Source of the DNA: Eledone cirrhosa
Lineage: Eukaryota
Assembly: GCA_964016885.1 (NCBI GenBank)
Contig: CAXHJY010001056.1
Span: forward strand, 1 to 24,198
Length of the DNA: 24,198 bases
Reading direction: 5' to 3'
A program made the translations under genes and the position numbers. A model generated the notes under the pieces. The model searched no databases and was not told the origin of the DNA. It worked only from the letters and a program-made list of their open reading frames with translations. Positions 1 to 12,424 of the stretch are shown piece after piece. Numbering within the stretch: the stretch's first letter is position 1; each line of letters begins with the position of its first letter.

Positions 1-64
1 GTATAAGACGTGAATTGTCATCTCTCCGGATTTGAAATTTTAATATTTTAAATCGACAGTAATA

Positions 65-159
<95 letters not shown>

Positions 160-250
160 TATATAGATATAGGCTTGGCACTTGTTGGTATAAGACGTGA
201 ATTGTCGTCTCTCCGGATTTGAAATTTTAATATTTTAAATCGACAGTAAT
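1..250 (+). repeat. 63-bp direct repeat (1-63 and 188-250) separated by a TA microsatellite
   Basis: gtataagacgtgaattgtc[a/g]tctctccggatttgaaattttaatattttaaatcgacagtaat occurs twice with one mismatch; the first copy is cut by the window edge. Confidence 0.9.
66..170. repeat. (TA)n microsatellite with rare TG/AG interruptions
   Basis: Direct reading of the sequence. Confidence 0.97.
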
Positions 251-734
251 CGGATTTATGTATGGTTTTAATTCTTCAGAGGACAAGGAAAACATACAAA
301 AAAGATAAGTTTTTGTGCTTTGACGCAATTATTTTGAAGTATATTTTACATATATTACCGTTTTGAACATGTTTATTTTCACTGTATGATTCATTCATAG
401 GAGACAACACACACACGTGCTTTCTATTTTTGTTTGTCTACCATACAGAGCATTTTGGTTTAACTTAAGCAGATCTTGTATTAATTCTGATTTTTCTGAG
501 TAACATAATTTAATTTTATATAATCTTGTTTGATTTTGTATAATCTTATCTGTATTTGACCCGATTTCGTTGTTTCTTGTATGATATGCTGATATTGCAA
601 TAACTTTGTGTATTTGTAAACAGACATTTACATCGTGTTTCTATATCTCTATGTTTCCGGTTTCTTCCATTCATTAATTTAAATTTAAAAATTTATTTTT
701 GTATTTGTGAACTGCTGTTGCTCACGTTCTCACG

Positions 735-1047
735 CTGTCTCTATCTCTCTCCTTCCTTCCTCTCTCTCTCTCCCTCTCTCTCTCGATCAACGAGCTCTCT
801 TTCTCCCTCTCTCTAGATCAACGAGCTCTCTCTCTATCTATCTCCTCTCTCTCCCTCTGACCCCCCCCCCCCACTCTTCCCGCTATCTCTCTCGCTCCCC
901 TCTTCTGTCTCCCCCTTTTCTTTTCTTTTCTTCTGTTTCTCTTTCTTTTTCTCTCGCTGGAGTTATATCTCTATCTCCCTCCCTCACTCTGTCCCTCTCT
1001 AACCTCTACCCTACACCTCCCACTGTCTCTCTTTCTCCCCTCCACAG
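735..1047 (+). repeat. CT-rich polypyrimidine tract in the putative LINE-A 5' UTR, ending in CAG
   Basis: (CT)n-like low-complexity sequence ending ...ctttctcccctccacag, 4 nt before the ORF1 ATG at 1052. Confidence 0.8.
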
Positions 1048-1051
1048 CGAA

Positions 1052-2008
1052 ATGGACTGCATGCAGGAAAAATGGGAAAAATGTGAAATCAGGAGTCAGC
1101 GAAACTGGTCGAAGATTGAACTAGCGGTTTTGATCAAGGGGTGGACTATGGCTGATGGGTCTCCACCAAGCAAAAAGATGGCGGAGAACCTGAAGAGCCA
1201 TGGGTTTATGAGGACCCTGGTACAGATAAAGAGAAAAGAAATTGAGAAGGCGTATGTCCTCATAGCGCCTCATATGGCGATGCTAAGCCGTGTCCTCAGG
1301 GAGGAGAAAACCGAAGGGAGGGATGAGGAGAAGGAGAGGGAAAAGGAAGAGGAAAAAGAGGGGGAAAAGGAAAAGGAGGAGAGCACAAGCACGGACCTGA
1401 AAGAAAATGATATACCCTCCGCTACAGGCAGGGAGGGCAGGCCGGGCAACCAACAAGCTAAGGGCAAAGGTGAAAAGCGAAATCACCTTCCGAAGGAGAA
1501 CCAAGTGCAGAGGGACCAGTGGACAACTGTTCAAAGAAAGAACAGAAAGCACCGAGACACTGGGAGCAAAAATCCCCAAGTAATGTGCAAGTTTTTCAAG
1601 AACGGGACATGCTGGCATGGAGAGACAGGGATGGGATGCAGATTCGCCCACCCTAGGTCTCGAACGAACTATGCCCATCATACTCGCGCAACATGCCCCA
1701 GCCTAAGCCGAAATAAGCCGCTCCAGAAGTATGCTGATGTCGCGCGTGCTGCACCAACAAGGAGAAGGCACGCTCATGCCGACGAGATACAGATGGCAGC
1801 AGCAGATCAGAAAAATTTTTTAGTGATGGCAGAGAAGATTGTGGGACAGCTGACCTGGCTGCATCGTCTCCAGAGCCAGGGTCATCCACACCAGCACTCG
1901 AGACCACCGCAGTTAAGGGACCCAGAGTGGCCGCCGCTGACACCAGACCAGGTGTCATACCGACAGCCATTACTGGCACCCCAAAAGTCACACCAGTGCT
2001 GCTGCTGA
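1052..2008 (+). CDS. LINE-A ORF1 protein (318 aa): N-terminal Myb/SANT-like domain, E/K-rich linker, CCCH zinc finger
   Basis: First ATG in the 707..2008 frame (MDCMQEKW). RNWSKIELAVLIKGW...GFMRTLVQIKRK resembles a Myb/SANT-like trihelix. CKFFKNGTCWHGETGMGCRFAH = C-x7-C-x8-C-x3-H. The upstream S/L/P-rich part is just the CT tract. Confidence 0.75.
   Translation: MDCMQEKWEKCEIRSQRNWSKIELAVLIKGWTMADGSPPSKKMAENLKSHGFMRTLVQIKRKEIEKAYVLIAPHMAMLSRVLREEKTEGRDEEKEREKEEEKEGEKEKEESTSTDLKENDIPSATGREGRPGNQQAKGKGEKRNHLPKENQVQRDQWTTVQRKNRKHRDTGSKNPQVMCKFFKNGTCWHGETGMGCRFAHPRSRTNYAHHTRATCPSLSRNKPLQKYADVARAAPTRRRHAHADEIQMAAADQKNFLVMAEKIVGQLTWLHRLQSQGHPHQHSRPPQLRDPEWPPLTPDQVSYRQPLLAPQKSHQCCC
1816..1822 (+). 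promoter_or_regulatory. Candidate -1 ribosomal frameshift slippery heptamer T TTT TTA (LINE-A)
   Basis: ORF1 codons AAT TTT TTA GTG (N-F-L-V). The -1 frame is stop-free from 1717 and continuous with ORF2. Confidence 0.6.
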
Positions 2009-4955
2009 ATGTCAGGGGCCTGGTGAAACTCAGCAACATGAGTAAAATTTCCTACCTGGGAGACTTAGCCATAAGCAATCAAGCACTATGCATGGCACTA
2101 ACCGAAACGCACCTGACAAGCAGTATAGCAGATGCAGAAATACATATACCGAAATATACTGTATTTCGTTCGGACAGGAAGGAGAGAACTCATGGTGGGG
2201 TTGCTCTGTATATCCGTGAAGATGTCACACCAATTGTACTGTTGACACATTCAAACTCAGTCTGTGACACACTGATAATACATATGAAGCAACTACAGAC
2301 GGTAATATGTGTCACATATCGGCCGCCCGATGCCCCCAGTCATGAGGGTAAATTTGAGGATAGCCTAAGTAGGATAGAAGAGGTCCTTGACAAACTGGAC
2401 CAGGGTCTCAACATCCTACTGCTGGGAGACTTCAACCTACCAAAGGTCAAATGGCCTGAGGGCCACCTCCTCCCTGGAATGACGTCAATAGAACAGAGAC
2501 AGACGGAATCCCTGCTGGCCCTCACACACAGGCTGTTCATGGAGCAAGCAATACTCCTCCCAACAAGAGGCGAAAATGTCCTGGACCTCTGTTTTACAAA
2601 CAACGAAGTGCTCATCCACAATGTAAAGGTGACACCAACAATTCTCTCGGATCATAACTTGGTAGAGCTAATGATATGTGGTCCAAGAGAACCAACAGAG
2701 ACAAAACCACCAAGAAGCTCCGGGACGCTATCCAGCCTTAACTTCTACGGGGCTGACTGGAAGAAGATTAAGAGTGAAATCCGGAAGCAAACATGGAGTG
2801 CAAACATCGCCACACAAGACACTAACACACAATTTCAACACTTCATGACAACAATACACACCATATGCAAAAAGTGTGTCCCGGAGAAAGAGGCAAACAG
2901 ACACAAAAATCTTATTCCCAGAGATAGGAAAATCCTTATGAGACGTAGAACTAAACTCTCAAACCAGTTGAATAGAGAACAAAACCAAAACAAGAAGGAA
3001 TCCTATTTGAAACGTGCACTACTTGACACCGAGATTGCACTCAAGCTTTCACATGGGAATGAGAGGGCAAGGAAAGAGAACATGGCCATAGAAAACATTA
3101 AAACAAACCCTAAGGCCTTCTTTAAATTTGCAAAAGAAACTGCCTCAGTACACTGCAAGATTGGACCACTCTTCCACACGGACGGTTCATTAACCGAAAA
3201 TCCCCAAGAGATATGTGAAATACTGAACGAACAGTACAAAAGTGTCTTCACATGTCCACTGAGGCACATGCAAATAACGAAGCCAGAGGAGTTCTTTGAT
3301 GCCACAACACTACATCAAGAAATGGCAACCATCAACCACATAGACATAACGGAAGAGGATGTGGTGTACGCCATTGATGAAATTAGAACAGACTCGGCTG
3401 CTGGACCTGATGGATTCCCAGCAGTTCTCCTAAAAATATGTAAGCGGGCCTTAGCAACTCCACTGAAGATGCTCTTCAGAAGCTCCTTGGCTAGCGGTGT
3501 ACTACCCAGGGAGCTGAAAGAAGGCACAATATGCCCTATCCATAAAGGAGGTAGTAGAGCAGAGGCCAAGAACTATAGGCCAGTCTCCCTGACGTCGCAT
3601 ATCAGTAAGGTCATGGAGCGAGTCGTCAGAAAGAAACTAATCACTTTCCTCGAAGAAAATGACTGCCTGACTAGCATGCAACATGGCTTCCGCCCAGGAA
3701 GAAGCTGCCTTACACAGCTGCTACATCACTACGACTGGGTACTGAGACAGCTACTAGACAGCTCACATGTAGACGTGATATATCTTGACTTTGCGAAGGC
3801 CTTTGACAAGGTCGACCACGGAATGATATGTCACAAACTACACGGACTCGGCATACTGGAAAAGTAGGTGAGTGGCTGCATGGCTTCCTGAGGGACAGAA
3901 GCCAGGCAGTCGCAGCAAATGGGGCCCTCTCGAGGGAAACACCGATAACAAGTGGGGTGCCTCAGGGGACAGTCCTGGGACCACTACTGTTTTTGGTGGC
4001 TCTCTCGGACATGCCCTCTGTGGTGCATGCAACAACATCCCTCACTAGCTATGCTGATGACACTAAGGTAGCACAGGCAATCAAAAACCCGGCTGACGCT
4101 GCCCTCTTACAGCAGGATCTGGATGCCATATACAGATGGGCGGAAGAAAACAACATGCAGTTTAATGCTGGCAAATTCCAAGCCCTACAATACAAACCTG
4201 CAAACACAAACACAAATATAGCGGAACACAGCTACACAGGACCAGGAGGGACCGATATCCCCGTGTCAAAATCGATACGAGACCTGGGCATAGACATGAG
4301 CGATGATGCATCTTTTTCTTCACACATCATGAAGGTGGCGACAGCATGTAGACGATTCGCTGGCTGGATCTTGAGGACTTTCCTTACAAGAGATCGAAAC
4401 ACCATGTTGACACTGTGGAGGACTTTTGTCCTAAGCCGCCTGGACTACTGCTCCCAGCTGTGGTCACCCCATAGTGTCAAACTAACCACAGAGCTTGAGG
4501 CAATCCAGCGAAGCTACACCAAGAGGATTGCCAAGATGAGGGAGACAAGCTACTGGGAGAGGCTGAAGGAACTGAACCTCTACTCCTTGGAGCGAAGACG
4601 GGAGAGATACGCAGTGATCTACATGTGGAAAATCCTGGAGGGACTAGCACCAAACTTTGGCATTGGGAGCTGGACCAACCGTCGAACAGGACGTCACTGT
4701 GTGGTGCCAAAGGTCCCGTCTTCCACATCTAGAATAAGGAGCAGGTATTGCAATAGCCTGGGATTCAAGGGCCCTCAACTCTTCAACAGGCTGCCGAGGC
4801 ATCTGCGAGACTTGCATGACGTGGAGGTGGATGTCTTTAAGAAACATCTCGACAGGATCCGGGATGAGCCCACAGCAAGACACGAGGGAAACCTAAGGGC
4901 AGCAGCAACAAACTCCCTCCTACACCAGTGGCCAACCTATACAGGCTGGAGATAA
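1816..4955 (+). CDS. LINE-A ORF2: apurinic-type endonuclease plus reverse transcriptase, with one 1-bp frameshift at ~3855
   Basis: APE motifs LLNVRGL, ALTETHL, YRPP, LLGDFN, LDL, SDH; RT motifs [32 protein letters not shown]. ORFs 1927..3867 and 3828..4955 join if one A is restored (GGC ATA [A]CT GGA AAA GTA = G-I-T-G-K-V). Confidence 0.92.
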
Positions 4956-5021
4956 AATGTGTAGCAACAAGGGCGGTGCCCCAGCATGGCCTCAGCCGGA
5001 TGGCTGAAACAGGTAAAAGAG

Positions 5022-5128
5022 TATACATATATATATATATATACATATACACATATATACACATATATACACATATATACATATATATACACATATATAC
5101 ATATATATACACATATATACATATATAT

Positions 5129-5175
<47 letters not shown>

Positions 5176-5272
5176 CATATACATATATATATATACATAT
5201 ACATATATATATATACATATACATATATATATATATATACATATACATATACATATATATATATACATATAC

Positions 5273-5327
<55 letters not shown>

Positions 5328-5334
5328 CATATAC

Positions 5335-5389
<55 letters not shown>

Positions 5390-5398
5390 CATATACAT

Positions 5399-5433
<35 letters not shown>

Positions 5434-5686
5434 TATATACATATATATATATACATATATATATACATATATATATATACATATACATATACATATATAC
5501 ATATACATATATATATACATATATATATATACATATACATATATATATACATATATATATATACATATACATATATATATACATATATATATACATATAT
5601 ATATATACATATACATATATATATATACATATACATATATATATATATACATATATATATATACATATACATATATATATATATAC

Positions 5687-5721
<35 letters not shown>

Positions 5722-6012
5722 CATATACATACATATACATATATATATATACATATACATATATATATACATATATATATATACATATACATATACATAT
5801 ATACATATACATATATATACATATATATATATACATATACATATATATATACATATATATATATACATATACATATATATATACATATACATATACATAT
5901 ACATATATATATATACATATATATACATATATATATATACATATACATATATATATATACATACATATATATATATACATATACATATATATATATACAT
6001 ATATACATATAC

Positions 6013-6046
<34 letters not shown>

Positions 6047-6112
6047 ATATATATAAGTTTCTTTATACATATATATATATATATACACATATATATATAT
6101 ACATATATATAC

Positions 6113-6207
<95 letters not shown>

Positions 6208-6370
6208 CATATATACATATATATACATATATATATATACATATATATACATATATATATATATACACATATATATACACATATATATATATACATATAT
6301 ATACACATATATATATATATACATATATACATATATATACATATATATACACATATATATACATATATAC

Positions 6371-6401
<31 letters not shown>

Positions 6402-6608
6402 CATATATATATATACATATATACATATATATATACATATACATATATATACATATACATATATATACATATACATATATATATATATACATATACATAT
6501 ATATACATATATATACATATACATACATATACATATGTATATATATACATATACATATATATACATATACATATATATACACATATATATACATATACAT
6601 ATATATAC

Positions 6609-6639
<31 letters not shown>

Positions 6640-6642
6640 TAT

Positions 6643-6673
<31 letters not shown>

Positions 6674-6704
6674 TACATATATATATACATATATATATAT
6701 ATAC

Positions 6705-6737
<33 letters not shown>

Positions 6738-6738
6738 C

Positions 6739-6797
<59 letters not shown>

Positions 6798-6815
6798 CAT
6801 ATATATATACATATA

Positions 6816-6847
<32 letters not shown>

Positions 6848-6914
6848 CATATATATATACATATATATATACATATATATATACATATATATATACATAT
6901 ATATATATATATAC

Positions 6915-6945
<31 letters not shown>

Positions 6946-7050
6946 CATATATATATACACATATATATATACATATATATATATATATACATATATATAT
7001 ACATATATACATATATATATACATATATATATATATACATATATATATAC

Positions 7051-7081
<31 letters not shown>

Positions 7082-7082
7082 C

Positions 7083-7133
<51 letters not shown>

Positions 7134-7134
7134 C

Positions 7135-7165
<31 letters not shown>

Positions 7166-7190
7166 CATATATATATACATATATATATAC

Positions 7191-7221
<31 letters not shown>

Positions 7222-7294
7222 CATATATATATACATATATATATACATATATATATATATATACATATATATATACATATATATATATATATAC

Positions 7295-7325
<31 letters not shown>

Positions 7326-7326
7326 C

Positions 7327-7377
<51 letters not shown>

Positions 7378-7378
7378 C

Positions 7379-7451
<73 letters not shown>

Positions 7452-7676
7452 TATATACATATGCACATATATATATACATATATATATACATATATATAT
7501 ATACATATATATATACATATATATATACATATATATATACATATATATATACATATATATATACATATATATATACACATATATATATACATATATATAT
7601 ACATATATATATACATATATATATACATATATATATACATATATATATACATATATATATATACATATATATATAC

Positions 7677-7735
<59 letters not shown>

Positions 7736-7751
7736 CATATATATAATATAC

Positions 7752-7800
<49 letters not shown>

Positions 7801-7832
7801 CATATATATACATATACATATATATAATATAC

Positions 7833-7867
<35 letters not shown>

Positions 7868-8104
7868 CATATATATATACATATATATACATATACATAT
7901 ATATACATATACATATATATACATATATATATATACATATATATACATATATATATATACATATATATATATACATATATATATATACATATATATATAT
8001 ACATATATATATATACATATATATATATACATATACATATATATATATATACATATATATATATACATATATATATATATACATATATATATATACATAT
8101 ACAC

Positions 8105-8135
<31 letters not shown>

Positions 8136-8258
8136 CATATACATATATATATATATACATATATATATATACATATACATATATATATATATACATATAT
8201 ATATATACATATACATATACATATATATATACATATATATATATACATATACATATAC

Positions 8259-8290
<32 letters not shown>
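5022..8290. repeat. Compound (TA)n(CA) microsatellite array, ~3.3 kb
   Basis: TA runs punctuated by CA on the + strand; a 9-nt non-repeat interruption at 6056-6064. Confidence 0.98.
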
Positions 8291-8292
<2 letters not shown>

Positions 8293-8897
8293 TGTTATAT
8301 TTGGGGAGGGTCATATTTGCGTAATATTGCCAGAATTAATAACAGAACACACTCACTGTTTGGTTGGTTTTCGCTTCTCGCTGTCTTTTATATATATATA
8401 TCTGCGATCTAACTTACTCGGTCCTCAATGTTGCCATTGACTGACCGGCGGTCAAAAATAATACAGATACAATATAGACAAACACATATATATATAGTTT
8501 ACATAAATCTTTCGTTGCACATCTGCAACATCGTCAGTGGTGTTATATTCATTGTTCCTCCTGTTGTGTTGTATGTCTACGCCATTTTTTTGTTCAGTCA
8601 ATGGCGTAGACATACAACACAACAGGAGGAACAATGAATATAACACCACTGACGATGTTGCAGATGTGCAACGAAAGATTTATGTAAACTATATATATAT
8701 GTGTTTGTCTATATTGTATCTGTATTATTTTTGACCGCCGGTCAGTCAATGGCAACATTGAGGACCGAGTAAGTTAGATCGCAGATATATATATATAAAA
8801 GACAGCGAGAAGCGAAAACCAACCAAACAGTGAGTGTGTTCTGTTATTAATTCTGGCAATATTACGCAAATATGAGCCTCCCCAAATATAACAATAT
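8289..8897. repeat. Long near-perfect palindrome: 298-bp arms (8289-8586 / 8600-8897), 13-nt loop
   Basis: Paired positions sum to 17186 at both ends, so no net indel; one mismatch seen (G8310/G8876); loop tttttgttcagtc. Confidence 0.95.
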
Positions 8898-8938
8898 CTG
8901 TTTCGACACACGATTTCATATAAAAAACCTCGCAAAAC

Positions 8939-10957
<2,019 letters not shown>

Positions 10958-11233
10958 ATACTTAACTAAAACACACACACACGAACTTGTGAGTACATTT
11001 TCCTTTAACTACAAATTATTATTATATACTTTCGTCTTTTCATTAACTTAATTAATTTCAAATAACCAGAATATACATATATATATATATATATACTCAT
11101 ATTTATATATATACGCTTCTCACTCACACACAAGAAAAACAAAAAACAAAAATAAATCAAAAATAAATTAAAAAAAAAAAAATATATATATATTGAAATA
11201 CTTAACTAAAACACACACACACTCAAAACTAGA

Positions 11234-12424
11234 ATGGCTAACCAGCAAAAATCCAAACAGAACTGGTCTGATAATGAAATCGACATTCTAATAAACACAT
11301 GGCATTGCCTTTCCCAAACAGAAAATATAGATGCTTCATCTCTGAACGACATTGCTAAACGTACAGTTCAATTTTTGAAAACTCGATCTGAACAACAGAT
11401 TCAAAATAAATTAAAGCAAATCGAAATTGCTTTTAAATTAATCAATAAACATTTGGATAAACTACGGTGTGTTTTCTCTTCGAATGCTGTCCAGCAGCAG
11501 CAACAACAACAACAGCAGCTACAACAGCAACAACAACAACAACAGCAGCTACAACAGCAACAACAACAACAGCTACAACAACAACATCAACAACAGCTAC
11601 AACAACAACATCAACAACAGCAACAACAACAGTGTGAACCACTCCTTGATTCATCAACAATGGCCGATCTACTAAATGAAACTATTGACCCCCCAGTAGC
11701 CTCTGTCTCACAGCATGAAACGCCACATCCTTTCTCTGGCCCAGCAGTCCAATCATCACCACTGCCAACATCTCTGCCTACTACTACTACTACTACTACA
11801 ACATTTTTGTCTACTGCTATGTCAAGGAATTTACCTTCTAATACCAGAACAAGAACTCTCCCTCCCACAGTCCACAAAGGTCGTCAAATCCTACCCAAAC
11901 CATCATCTACACCTCTCACAACACCCACACCCATATACCCACCCACTCGAAACCCCATCATTTGCCGCTACTCTCTACGCTATAGAATATGTACGGATAG
12001 TGGCTGCAAATTCACCCATTTACCTAGGACAAAACGATCTATCCCCACAAACAGCCACCACCATAATACATACTCTAATTTAACACCAACACAACCACCA
12101 ATAACTCAAACAAGGAATCCACAAATCTGCCGTTTTTCCCTGCGAGACAGATTGTGTTTAGACCGGGATTGTCCCTTTACCCATCTCCCGGGGACCCGTC
12201 GGATAAATGAAAATAAAATTAAAAATAAAAGCAAAAACAAAAACCATAACCTACATAAAAATAACCACTACCACAGTCACCAACAGTCTTCTAAACAGGA
12301 AACTTCTTCCTCTTTTTTAGCCATAATGAATCTGGCAAAAGAACTGGAAAAAAACATTCGAGCTATCACCCAGCACCACCCTCCACTATCACCCCACTGC
12401 ACAAACTCCCATTGCTGCCATTAA
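11234..12424 (+). CDS. LINE-B ORF1 protein (396 aa): Myb/SANT-like N-terminus, polyQ and P/T/S linker, two CCCH zinc fingers
   Basis: QNWSDNEIDILINTW...RSEQQIQNKLKQI; CRYSLRYRICTDSGCKFTH and CRFSLRDRLCLDRDCPFTH (both C-x8-C-x4-C-x3-H). Confidence 0.82.
   Translation: MANQQKSKQNWSDNEIDILINTWHCLSQTENIDASSLNDIAKRTVQFLKTRSEQQIQNKLKQIEIAFKLINKHLDKLRCVFSSNAVQQQQQQQQQLQQQQQQQQQLQQQQQQQLQQQHQQQLQQQHQQQQQQQCEPLLDSSTMADLLNETIDPPVASVSQHETPHPFSGPAVQSSPLPTSLPTTTTTTTTFLSTAMSRNLPSNTRTRTLPPTVHKGRQILPKPSSTPLTTPTPIYPPTRNPIICRYSLRYRICTDSGCKFTHLPRTKRSIPTNSHHHNTYSNLTPTQPPITQTRNPQICRFSLRDRLCLDRDCPFTHLPGTRRINENKIKNKSKNKNHNLHKNNHYHSHQQSSKQETSSSFLAIMNLAKELEKNIRAITQHHPPLSPHCTNSHCCH
11492..11632 (+). repeat. (CAA/CAG)n repeat encoding polyglutamine within ORF1
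   Basis: cagcagcagcaacaacaa... in the ORF1 frame. Confidence 0.9.
12313..12319 (+). promoter_or_regulatory. Candidate -1 ribosomal frameshift slippery heptamer T TTT TTA (LINE-B)
   Basis: ORF1 codons TCT TTT TTA GCC (S-F-L-A). The -1 frame opens after TAA at 12292-12294 and runs without a stop into ORF2. Confidence 0.62.

Larger units (their letters stand above)
171..5023 (+). mobile_element. LINE-A: near full-length CR1/L2-group non-LTR retrotransposon (5' boundary uncertain, between 171 and ~1050)
   Basis: ORF1 plus APE-RT ORF2, a short structured 3' UTR ending ...AAAAGAGTA directly into a TA array, and no poly(A). RT motifs SGVPQG, YADD and [10 protein letters not shown] are typical of CR1/L2-group elements. 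Confidence 0.9.

Noticed and set aside
707-1051. S/L/P-rich N-terminal extension of LINE-A ORF1
   Set aside because: GTG-started translation of the CT tract; the first ATG is at 1052
2340-4883. Short antisense ORFs over LINE-A ORF2 (likewise over LINE-B and the RTE copies)
   Set aside because: Shadow frames of RT coding sequence with no motifs
8428-8734. Mirror-image 65-69 aa ORFs
   Set aside because: By-products of the palindrome with no recognisable domain
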